64,000 nt of DNA from Octopus sinensis. Taxonomy: Eukaryota. The stretch spans positions 5,456,001 to 5,520,000 of the forward strand of contig NC_043000.1 of the NCBI RefSeq assembly GCF_006345805.1, read 5' to 3'. The notes under the pieces were generated by a model. That model was not told the DNA's origin. It made no database searches and worked only from the letters and a program-made list of their open reading frames with translations. The stretch's first letter is position 1; every line of letters begins with the position of its first letter. A program made the translations under genes and the position numbers. Of the stretch, positions 12,867-24,189 are shown in pieces.

Positions 12867-14620
12867 TCCCGAAGACATGTAATGTAGGTAAAATTGAACC
12901 GAGGATGTTTAGGACTTAGAATACAAAGTCAGGAGTAATATACCTTAATCTACCTTAATAACATGCAGTACGCAGCACCACCGTTCGGTTTCTGCGACTG
13001 AAGAAGAGATAACCACTCCGAAATGATTGCATCTCACAGTCTGAATTGGTGGTGTAGCGAGCTGATTTAGGTGTATTTACACCATTTGTCTACAGCGAGA
13101 AATTTTCTCCTTAACAAAACACAGTGAATGGCTTGTTTACAAGTTCGAATTTGCCACTGTCATATTCGAACTGATAATAACATTGCATTAATATACCTTT
13201 CGCAGTTTTTTCTACTATTTAACAACTCTGCTGGTTCACTGCCTTATTTGATATATTTATCATATATACTGAAGGCAAACCAGCGACCTGGTAGAATCGT
13301 TAGCACGTTGGAGAAAATACTTAGTGACATTTCTGCTTTTGGTTCTACATACTGAGTTCAAATACCACCGAGGTCAGCTTTTATTCATAAAATTGGCCAT
13401 GAAACCTGTACACAGATGAGTAGCTGCGGGCTGGACAAAAAACATTAATGAGATAAGGATGATAATGATGAGCAAAAATGTTAGCGGCACCGGCGCCCGC
13501 CGACCGATAAACCCTCGAAATCACTGTTTTTTTATTCTATTTTACACAAAAAATCACAAAAATTACAAAACTTTTCTTAATCTTCCTTTTTCTCATCCGA
13601 GCCCCTGCACAAGTTCCCTGCCGCCTGCAGGAAAGCCTGCATCGGCAGGTCGGAGTCCGATTAGCGGTTAGGGTGTTGCATTGTATTCTTCTGCTAAACA
13701 CTTCATTTCACGATGCCCCAGTCGACTCAGCTGTAAATGAGTTCAAGCAATAGCTGGGAACTTAGCCCTGCGACCGACCGACGACCTGTTCAAGGATGGG
13801 AGTGTTGTGACCTCAGTTAATTATACGCCCAGCTTAAGAATTCGAGTGCTCATGGCAGTCCTGAGTAAGTCAAATACTAGGATCACTGTATTCGGTTACC
13901 CCTTTCCTCTACAATTGTTAGCCTCTTTGCCGAAATTTGAAACCATGTACGTAGCATACAAAGTAAAATATAGCAAAGTCCTTCACCTTGATTCAATGAC
14001 TACAAAGAAATTTCATTCCATGCATTAACAACAGAAATGCGAAATAGTTAATTAAATTATAGATTCACATTGTTATATACAATTAATTAATTCTCAGACT
14101 GTATGTTATGTTACGTAGTTAATTGTAATATGGCTATAACAATCCACCCACGTACGAAGATGATATTATTCTGGAATAGTTATTTTTCTAAATTCAATAA
14201 TATTATTTCTATGCCAATATCAGTGTCAAATCTCGCACATCAATTTTTCGTACACGAAAAATTCTAAATAATCAAATAAAAATTAAAATTAAATTCGGAG
14301 CAGAAATAAAACATTCAACTCAGATAAATTTTTTGGTTGATTTCTGTTTTGTGACGAGTGATGAGTTGTGGAAACGTTAACAGTAAATTCGTTTTGTTAT
14401 TATTTATCATTTTCACAAAACAAGAAAGCAATTATAGAAATAAATGCAATTTTTAACATTGCTAAAAATTTTATTGAAATTCGAGATTTCGAAATGTTTA
14501 TAATACACCAAAATATTTTCAGTTAAGTAAACAACATCAACAACAACAAAAAAAAGTAAATTAAGACAACAAAAAACCCTTTTAGTGTTATGTTCACCAA
14601 GTAATTAACGTTTTCTTTAG

Positions 14621-14718
14621 AGTTTGGAACAAAGCCATATATTTTGAGAGAAATTGGTGACGTGAAGGACGATGCGGGAGAGCTAGGAAGTTATGATCTT
14701 TATGCCTTTCTTTATGAC
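14621..14718 (+). CDS. Candidate internal exon (FGTKPYILREIGDVKDDAGELGSYDLYAFLYD)
   Basis: Branch-like ttaac then ttttctttag|, 98 nt open in one frame only, donor GAC|gttagt (or a terminal exon to TAG at 14746-14748). Phase-compatible with exon 69-102. Confidence 0.4.
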
Positions 14719-14874
14719 GTTAGTCATGCGTCATCCGATGCACCATAGTTTAAGGAGTGCATAATTCCTCCCCTATTTAGTTTTACACACACACATAGGC
14801 ACACATAGACACACACACATACACACATGTACATACACGCATACAACGAAAGAGGTTGTCATGAACGATGCTTA

Positions 14875-15575
14875 AAGGATTGAGGAAAGACATTCTTTTT
14901 CGGTCAAGCTCTCATCGAGATTTTGAAGTTCCATTTGGAAAAGAAAGTGATGGTGGAGAGAGAAATTCTCCCTCCCATTGAGTTTGTCAAAGAGTGGGTG
15001 AATGTTGGAAAGAAAGGTTAGGGGAATGAATCTACTCTAGGCATGCACCGTAGATTGGTAAACAATAGGGACCTCTGGGGTTTCTTGATTTGGCCCTAGT
15101 TGGAGGTTTCCCTTCATCAAGAGGACAACATCATTTGTGTGTTTACATACTATGTATACTTTAATCTCCTTTCATTGTCTTCTCTCTTGGTTTTGCCTCA
15201 TCTTTTATATAATATAAACCCCTACACAAGTTGTAGGCTGTCCTTGCGATGCCCCTATCATTATGCCCCTGTGGCAGAGGCTGACAGGATTGAAGAAAGA
15301 CATCTTCGGTCAAGCTTTCATCGACCGTTTTAATTTCCCCTTAGAAAGAAAATTGAGGGTGGAGAGGGAAGTGCTACCAACCAGTGAATTTGTGAAAAGA
15401 TGGTGACTCTGCCAAAAATGTTGAGAATGAACGGCCTTACTCTAAGTATGCGCCTTTAGTGCGGAGAGCGGGAGAGAGGGCTCGTACATTTCGTATTCAG
15501 GGTAGTCCTGAATCTCTGGGGTTCCTTGATTGGCTCTAGTTGAAGTTTCTCCTGTATCAGAAGGGCTGCATCATT
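14875..15575. repeat. Two diverged direct copies (~420-bp period) of an unclassified repeat
   Basis: aggattgaggaaagacattc...cggtcaagctctcatcgag...ctctggggtttcttgatttggccctagttgga recurs as aggattgaagaaagacatcttcggtcaagctttcatcgac...ctctggggttccttgattggctctagttgaa. A related piece lies near 59715-59830. Confidence 0.6.
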
Positions 15576-15721
15576 CATGTTATCACATAATTTTGTACAC
15601 AATCTATAATTTTATCACATTTCACCGTCTTTTCCATTTCTTTCTGCCCATCCTTTATGTAAATCCCCACACAAGTTATTGTCTGTTCTTGTGATGTCCA
15701 ATCATCGATGATCCTGAAATT

Positions 15722-16135
<414 letters not shown>

Positions 16136-16806
16136 CAAAGAATCAGGGAATTTATTATTATTATTATTATTATAATTATTATTATTATAATAATAATTAT
16201 TATTATTATTATTAATGTTATTAACAATCACTCGCAGACGAACCTATAACATTATGTCATCATTTTCTGTGCAAAAGTTTGCAACTTCTCGCTGAACGGC
16301 ATTTATTTCAGAGAATACCTTTCCCCAGATGAATTGTCTTCACTATGACTCATGAGCACCATCTACTCTAGATTAAACTGTCTGAAGTTCCACCACCCTT
16401 CGTACAGACACAAACACAGATACACATATTTATGAATGTATATAGACATTCACATATATAAGCAACCATATATATGTATACGTATATATATATGTGTGTG
16501 TGTATACATATATATGTATACATACATGCATTACGTAACAATCCATAAACAATTATAACTCTTACCAAAATTACAGTTCCTATGAAGGACAACCACGCAG
16601 CAGTATCAATGTATGGTATGATATTGGGTCATCCCATAAATAATGCGGTTTTTTCAATTGCCTGAATTAAAAGTCGGTGGGGGCCAGGATAAACTACCTG
16701 CATCAACTTGCTATAAAATCAGGTAATAATTTTACCTTGGACTTATTCTTAGTGCAAGTTCTGAAGAGTGCAGTTCGATTTTAACAGTTATTTTTTCAAA
16801 GCTGTA

Positions 16807-17803
16807 ATGGCAGAAGAGACAAAAGAGCATATTCGGCATATTTTGCTTTATGAGTTCAATAAAGGCAATGACACAACAGAAAGTGCGAGAAACATTAATG
16901 CAGTATATGTGGGTCGGAAATAAGCGTAGGCCAGTGTCAACGGTGGTTCCAGAAATTCCGAGCCGGAAACTACAGCCTAGAAGCCGAGCCCCGTCCTAGA
17001 AGATCTGTAGAGATCAACAAGGACGACCTACAAACCCTAGTGGAACAAAATCTTATCGTAACAGCTAAGAAAATACAGAGAAGCTTGGATTTGGTCGTTC
17101 AACCATTCAGCGATTCCTGCATGCCATCGGAAAAGTCAGTAAATTGGGTCAATGGGTTGCTCACACACTTACCGAGTCTAATCGTGTGCAGAGAGTGAAT
17201 GTGTTCTCTTCCTTGCTGTCTCGTCTCACGAATGAATCAAATAGTGACTGGTGACGAGAAATGGGTTCTCTATAAAAATGTCAAGCGCCAAAGACGTGGG
17301 GTAAGGAAAAGAGAAACACCGGTACCTCAAGCTAAAGAAGGTCTTCACGCACGTAAGGTGTTGTTATCTGTTTGGTGGGATATGAAAGGTTTAGTCCACT
17401 TTGAACTTTTAAACCCAAACCAAGCGATAACAAAAGAGATTAACTGCGAGCAGCCGGTTTAAGTCAGCGCTAGAAGGAGAACGACCATCTTTGGTTTCAA
17501 GACGAAAAGTGTTCTTCCATTAGTATAATGCTCGGCCAGATACTGCGAGGATGACATTCCAAAGGCTGGAGCAGTTTGAATGGGGAACAGTGCCCCATCC
17601 ACTATATTCGCTGGACATTGCCCCATCTGATTATCATTTATTCCGCAGTCTTCAGAATCATTTGAACGGGAAAAATATGAATTTTGTAGACGAGGACAGA
17701 ACAGTAGTGGATGAGTATTTTTCGTAACGGACAATTGAATTTTGGAAGTCTACCAGATAGATGGAAGAAGATAGAAGAGAATGGAGAGTATATTTTGGAT
17801 TAA
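16807..17803 (+). pseudogene. Mariner transposase (Hsmar1/SETMAR-like), frameshifted
   Basis: MAEETKEHIRHILLYEFNKG, QRWFQKFRAGNYSLE, GQWVAHTL, IVTGDEKWVLYKN, KVLLSVWWDMKG, PHPLYSLDIAPSDYHLFRSLQNHL. Confidence 0.9.
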
Positions 17804-17820
17804 AAAACAACTTTGTTACA

Positions 17821-18234
17821 CTCTTTTTTTTACTCTTTTTACTTGTTTCAGTCATTTGACTGCGGCCATGCTGGAGCACCGCCTTTAGTCGAGCAAATCG
17901 ACCCCGGGACTTATTCTTTGTAAGCCCAGTACTTATTCTATCGGTCTCTTTTGCCAAACCGCTAAGTGACGGGGACGTAAACACACCAGCATCGGTTGTC
18001 AAGCAATGCTAGGGGAACAAACACAGACACACAAACATATTCACACACACTTGTATATATATATATACATATATAGGACAGGCTTCTTTCAGTTTCCGTC
18101 TACCAAATCCACTCACAAGGCATTGGTCGGCCCGGGGCTATAGCAGAAGACACGTGCCCAAGATGCCACGCAGTGGGACTGAACCCGGAACCATATGGTT
18201 GGTTAGCAAGCTACTTACCAAACAGCCACTCCTG
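17821..18234 (-). mobile_element. SINE family B, full length, inserted in mariner 3' UTR
   Basis: Minus strand reads caggagtggctgtttggtaagtagc...ccgggttcagtccc (A/B boxes) through ...tgactgaaacaagtaaaaagag. Confidence 0.85.
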
Positions 18235-18319
18235 ATTTTATCTTGATTTTGAAAAATAAAAGAAGTATAAAAAAACCCGCATTATTTATGGGATGACCTA
18301 ATATATACAACAAACAAAT

Positions 18320-18537
18320 AAATGAAGCCTAGCCAGGCTCATTGGCCCGGTTTCCCGCTTTCTATGGCGTATGTGTTCTCCAGCTGGATGGGACGCCAGT
18401 CCATCGCAGCGTTACTCATTTTTGTCAGCTGAGTGGACTGGAGCAACGTGAAATGAAGTGTCGACCGGTCCAGGAATTAAAACCGTAATCTTACGATCAT
18501 GATGCCGACATCCTAACCACTAAGCCACGCGCCTCCA
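18320..18537 (-). mobile_element. SINE with head C/CORE-like 5' half and Meta-like 3' half
   Basis: Minus strand: ggaggcgcgtggcttagtgg...ttcacgttgctccagtccactcagctg...gctgcgatggactggcgtcccatccag...gaaaccgggccaatgagcc. Confidence 0.75.
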
Positions 18538-18977
18538 CGTATATACAACAAAACCACCATAAGCTAAGAAACCAAGAAGTTCCAAAATAAATTTAACCCT
18601 ACAAGAAATAGGATTTCAATGAAAGACAGCATAGAAGCAGGAGAATTCAAGATTCAAGAGGTCAACAATGCACGGATAAAACTTCATTTTGGTTACTCTG
18701 AGTTACACATCTCCGATTTTCTAACGGACGTAGATGGAGATTAGAGAGGAAAATGAGCAGTGGATATTGCTCTTTGTAGGAAAAGGACCACAAAAATTCA
18801 TCTTCATAGAAAAAGTACAGGAAAAAGAAATCGAAATATATACATTTTCCATCTTTTACTTGTTTCAGTCATTGGATTGCGACCGTGGGGAGGCACGGCC
18901 TTGAGAATTTTGCCTTTTTAGTGGAAGAATCAATTCCAGTATTAATTGTTTCTTAAGTTTCGTATTTCGTTGCTAAT

Positions 18978-19325
18978 CTAGGCACAAGGCCCGAAATTTT
19001 GGGGGAGGGCCCAGACGATTAGATCGACACCAGTACACAACTGATACTTAATTTATCGACCCCGAAAGGATGAAAGGCAAAGTCGACCTCGGCGGAATTT
19101 GAACTTAGAACGTAGCGACGGACGAAATACCGCTAAGCATTTCGCCCGGAGTGCTAACGTTTCTGCCAGCTTGCGTATTTATTCTACCGTTCTCTTTTGC
19201 CGAACCGCTAGTATACGGGAACGTAAACACCGGTTGCCAGGCAGTGGTAGGTGACAAAAACAAACAGAAAGACACACACACACACACCACACACACACAC
19301 ACATACACACACGTATATATATGTA
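18978..19325 (-). mobile_element. SINE family A followed by family B fragment
   Basis: aggcacaaggcccgaaatttt...gtcgacctcggcggaatttgaact...gctaacgtttctgccagct, then ttttgccgaaccgcta...gtaaacacc. Confidence 0.75.
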
Positions 19326-19552
19326 TATATGTTATTTAAAACAGTTTGATTCGGATTCGTGCTACTTCAACTTTCGCATGCCCTTAACGGAGCCTGTCCC
19401 CTCAGGCTAGTGGGATACCCGGAACTCGGAATCATGTACTTGGGGAGCGAGCTTCTTACTACACAGCCACGCCTGCGCCTAAAAATATTTTGAAAAACTT
19501 TTGAAGGTGTTTATAAGAACTTGTAAATTTGATGTTTGGCGACGATAGAATA

Positions 19553-19588
<36 letters not shown>

Positions 19589-19682
19589 GAGAGAGAGAGA
19601 GAGAGACAAACATACAGACAGACAGGCAGGCAGGCAGGCAGGCAGACAGACAGACAGAAAATGAGTGGGTGAGTAAGTGTGA

Positions 19683-19916
19683 GTGAATGTTAGAGAGAAA
19701 GAGAGATACAGTAACTATGTGAATGTTAGAGAGAGAAAGAGAGAGAGAGAGAGAGATACAGTAACTATGTGAATGTTAGAGAGGGAGAGAGAGAGAGAGA
19801 GATAGATACAGTAACTATGTGAATGTTAGAGAGGGAGAGAGAGAGAGGGAGAGAAAAAGAGAGAGAGAGAGAGATACAGTAACTATGTGAATGTTAGAGA
19901 GGGAGAGAGAGAGAGG

Positions 19917-19948
<32 letters not shown>

Positions 19949-20059
19949 TACAGTAACTATGTGAATGTTAGAGAGGAGAGAGAGAGAGAGGGAGAGAAAA
20001 AGAGAGAGAGAGAGAGATAGATACAGTAACTATGTGAATGTTAGAGAGGGAGAGAGAGG

Positions 20060-20097
<38 letters not shown>

Positions 20098-20166
20098 CAG
20101 TAACTATGTGAATGTTAGAGAGGGAGAGAGAGAGAGGGAGAGAGAGAGAGAGAGAGAGACAGTACA
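19683..20166. repeat. Minisatellite: constant 25-bp core gatacagtaactatgtgaatgttag alternating with variable GA tracts
   Basis: Seven full cores and one partial core are directly visible. Confidence 0.9.
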
Positions 20167-20896
20167 GTGTGTGAGTTGTCTTCTTGTTATAAAGGGAGTT
20201 ATGTTGCCACTGTGGATATGTAAGTTGCTTCTGTTTTCTAATGGGAGACCATAGAAACATATGAAATATGGAAAAATCGTGAGAGAAGGATTCCGTGGAG
20301 AGAGTTTAGTCATTCTTCCGTGAAGGAGGTCAAAGAATAAATATTTATACTACGGAAGATATAACAAAGTGAATCGATATGATATTTGATATAGAAAATA
20401 TCGTGAAAATTATTACATAAACAGACTCTGTCGAATAAACAGATATACGAGTTGTGAACGACATCATATAACGATGTAGTTTAGAGGATGAAGCCAAATC
20501 AAGTTTTATAAATATTTAAGAGATTATCAGACTAATGAGAATAGAGTACCGAGAGAGATTTTTGGAAGAATAATTGAAGTTGGAGATTCAAGGGAGATAA
20601 TTTTAGGACTACTGGCCAATTTCGTCACATGCATCTGTATGCGCGTCTGTCTGCTACACATTTATGCCCTTGTGAGCACACATACACATGAATGTACTTT
20701 TCCACAATAAATGCGCATGCATTTATGAGCCCGTATTAATACGCATCTATAATCACGCGTAGAGCATACACACACACACACACACACACACACCAGTACG
20801 CAACTATTTTGAGGAATAAGAATGCGTCCATTTATGTTTGAATAATGGGTATGTTTGAATAAAAGTAAATGCCGCATCCATTTCATATATACATAC

Positions 20897-20930
<34 letters not shown>

Positions 20931-20984
20931 CTTTGACTTCTGGCCGAAATCAGATCGCCATGTTGATTCGCTAGCCTCTGCACG

Positions 20985-21165
20985 CATTTTTTTTCTCTCC
21001 TTGTTTCTTTCTGTGTTTCTTTTCTGTGTATCTTTCTGTTGAAGAGCGTAGGCTCGAAACGTAAAAGACTTGTTTTATTTATATTCCTGAGCGCCATACT
21101 AATACAATTGTTTGTTTGTATTCCACCTGCCTTCGTCTTTTGTCTATTTTCATAAAGCTTCCCGT
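20985..21165 (+). mobile_element. Penelope-like pLTR fragment with minimal hammerhead-like motif
   Basis: tctttCTGTTGAagagcgtaggctcGAAAcgTAaaaga at 21031-21068 (one core substitution). Confidence 0.55.
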
Positions 21166-21170
21166 TATAT

Positions 21171-21519
21171 ATGCAATTTTAAATAAGTTTATTCACTTGA
21201 CCGGTTTCACTATTTTAGAAAAAGATTGTCAAAAGTAAAATGTAAAGCTTTGTTTGTTAAGTACTGGTTGTCACAAAATATTACAATACAATATAATATT
21301 TTTAATGATCTTTTTAATATTTTCTCACGATTTTTCCTTGTAAACTGTTTTTAACATGTTCTTATTATTATCAAAGAATGTATTATGTATTGTAATATTT
21401 TGTGATAATCAGTATCTAACACAACAAAGCCCCTACAAAGCTTTTACATGTTACTTTTGACAATCTTTTTTCTAAAAAAGTGAAACCGGTCAAGTGAATA
21501 AACATCTTTAAAATTGCAT
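21171..21519. mobile_element. Foldback/MITE-like element with ~130-bp imperfect TIRs
   Basis: atgcaattttaaa...gtttattcacttgaccggtttcac...gattgtcaaaagtaa is mirrored at the right end; no TSD seen. Confidence 0.8.
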
Positions 21520-21935
21520 TTTCAAACCTTCTTTCATATATATTTCCACTCGTGCGGTACCTTACGACTCCACTTTGTTATTTATATATATATATATACA
21601 TATATAAAAAATGACTTGTTTTATATTTGATTTTATCTTTTGTTATTTATTTACTCTCTGTCTCTCTCTCTCTACATATGTGTGTGTGTGCATGTGTGTG
21701 TGTGTGTGCATGTGTGTGTGTGCGTGTGCATGTGTGTGTGTGTGTGTGTGTGCATGTGTGTGTGTATGTGTGTGCAGCTGCATGTATACATATATGTGTG
21801 TGTCTAGTATTTTTCTTGGGTTTTTATTTTACACTCCACCTCTCAAAAAAACTTATCTGTTTCTTGCAAGTAAGTTTGAGATGGATGCTAGACCCATCTA
21901 TTCGTTAATTGTTCAAATTAATTTTTTTCACTATA

Positions 21936-22079
21936 GGTAAGTAGCTTGCTAACCAACCACATGGTTCCGGGTTCAGTCCCACTGCATGGCATCTTGGGCA
22001 TGTGTCTTCTACTATAGCCCCGGTCCGACCAATGCCTTGTGAGTGGATTTGGTAGACGGAAACTGAAAGAAGCCTGTCG

Positions 22080-22147
<68 letters not shown>

Positions 22148-22356
22148 TGTGTCTGTGTTTGTTCCCCTAGCATTGCTTGACAACCGATGCTGATGTGTTT
22201 ATGTCCCCGTTACTTAGCGGTTCGGCAAAAGAGACCGATAGAATAAGTACTGGGTTTACAAAAAGAATAAGTCCCGGGGTCGAGTTGCTCGACTAAAGGC
22301 GGTGCTCCAGCATGGCCGCAGTCAAATGACTGAAACAAGTAAAAGAGTAAAAGAGA
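21936..22356 (+). mobile_element. SINE family B, near full length
   Basis: ggtaagtagcttgctaaccaaccacatggttccgggttcagtccc...internal TA/TG microsatellite...tgactgaaacaagtaaaagag. Confidence 0.85.
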
Positions 22357-22437
22357 GTAACCTAACAGGAATTACTCGTCAAATATGTCAGGTGACTTTG
22401 CTCAACTACGGACATGAGCACTTCACTGGATCGCTTG

Positions 22438-22498
22438 TCAGTTACGTCTGGCGATTTCCCTTTACGACGGGCAAGAGCACTTCGCCAGATGTAACTGA
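22438..22498. other. Isolated stem-loop with 17-bp stem
   Basis: tcagttacgtctggcga pairs with tcgccagatgtaactga (one G:U on the plus strand). Confidence 0.5.
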
Positions 22499-23274
22499 TC
22501 GTATTTCTAGCGCTTCGGTAATTATATAGAATAAATTTCCTAAAACTACATGTCCAAATCAGGGTGCATCTTCCACAATACAGCGTCTCCCCTGCAGTAA
22601 AATGCAGTTACTGATTTTGAAAGAATACAATGGAATTAGATCAGTGCTTAGGTCGCAAAACGGCAGTGAAACGTTTTGAAACTTCCTAATAGAACGTTCT
22701 GTTGGGAAATGAGTAAAAAGTTAATATAAAAGATTATATCTGTTCTTAAATGTTTTAAAATGACTTCCCCGGGTTTAACAAACAGTCTGAGATCAAATTA
22801 CTTGCCAAAAAAGAAATTCTAAATTATTTTAACAATCTCAATTTTTCGTTCAATTAGTGATCTTTTAATTAAAAATCAGAATATTAAAAAACGTAAACAC
22901 ACACACACAGACTCACGCATATATGTAAAAGAAACAATAAGATAGTTTTTTTTGTTTTGTTTGTAATTTTATTTTTCATTTCAACACAACTTTAAGATGG
23001 AAAATATTTTCTTCGTCCGCTGAGATCTAATTAAGATCTATTGGATGTGTTAATTCTAAATAATTAGATGGTAACTAAGGTAACGTTTGCTGAAATGTAA
23101 GAATATATCGAGCTAGTTTCGCTTCAGTAATTTAGCAGTTTAATTAATGCAAAGCCGATGTAATAACTAATGCCTTTTAATTAACATACGAATGCTTATA
23201 TCGATCGCAGGTCTCGTCGGTCGTACAATTGAAAAAGAAATATGCAATCGTCTTTCTGAAAGTGATGAGAACTA

Positions 23275-23432
23275 ACATGGTGGTGGTAGTGGTGGTAGTA
23301 GTGGTAGTAGTAGTGGTAGTAGTGGTAGTAGTAGTAGTAGCAGTAGTAGTAGTAGCAGCAGCAGCAGCTGTAGTAGTAGTAGTAGTAGTTGTTGTTGTTG
23401 TTGAGTAGCAGCTGCAGCAGCAGCAGTAGTTG
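23275..23432. repeat. Compound TGG/TAG/CAG/TTG microsatellite
   Basis: Directly visible. Confidence 0.85.
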
Positions 23433-23744
23433 CTGATTTGGGAGTGAAGGTTTACTTTGTAGAAGGAAAATAATTATATTGCACAATAGAAGAGAATCGT
23501 TTTAACATAGGTACACTCAGCCTTGGATAAAAGGCTTCGCAATAAGTAACTAAATAAATAAATGGCGGATGAAGGACAAAGAGAGTAGAAATGGAACCGA
23601 ACGTTTAATTAGGAGTCTGAGAGACAGAAGCAGAAACTCATAAATGCGGCTCTGGTGATATAAGAGATGAGTGAATTGGCCGCTGGAGAAATGGGACAAC
23701 AGAAATAAATCAATACATTTCAGAAGGAAAAAAATGAAAAAATA

Positions 23745-24115
23745 TCTTTTACTTGTTTGAAGTCATTAGACTATGGCTAAACTGGGGCGTTGCCTTGAAC
23801 GATTTTTTTTTAGTCGAATGAATCGACCTCTAATACTTATTTTTTGTTAAGCCTGGTACTTATTCTATCTGTCTCATTTACCGAACCGCCAAGTTACGGG
23901 GACGTAAACACCCCAACAATGGTTGTCATACACAAACTCACACACACGCATATATACGAACGGCTTCTCTCAGTTCCCGTCTACCAAATCCTCTCACAAG
24001 GCTTTGGTGGGCGCGAGACTATAGCAGAAGACATTTGTCCAAAGTGCTACGCAGTGGGACTGAACTCGGAACCATCTGTTTGGGAAGCAAGCTTCTTACC
24101 ACACAGCCACGCCCG
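23745..24115 (-). mobile_element. Diverged SINE family B
   Basis: ttttacttgtttgaagtcatt...accgaaccgccaagttacggggacgtaaacacc...gtctaccaaatcc...cttaccacacagccac. Confidence 0.8.
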
Positions 24116-24189
24116 TACCTATCATATGTATGTGATACCTTCATAACAGTTTCTGATTTACGTCAAAAGCCAGTTGTTTTGAGATGATG

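Larger units (their letters stand above)
16624..18301 (+). mobile_element. Full-length decayed mariner with TA TSD and nested SINE
   Basis: TA|ttgggtcatcccataaataatgcggttttt ... aaaaacccgcattatttatgggatgacctaa|TA. Confidence 0.95.

Noticed and set aside
14621-14748. Resemblance to the Miro GTPase second domain (ILR(E/D)I ... YD.S)
   Set aside because: Too few identities for such a conserved protein and a stop follows; no gene symbol assigned.
18568-18748. About 59-codon open frame (…MKDSIEAGEFKIQEVNNARIKLHFG…)
   Set aside because: No splice signals or recognisable homology; length is compatible with chance.
19683-20166. CRISPR-like repeat/spacer pattern
   Set aside because: The spacers are only GA microsatellite.
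22560-22620. U1 snRNA-like ttactgcaggggaga on the minus strand
   Set aside because: Similarity ends after about 15 nt.
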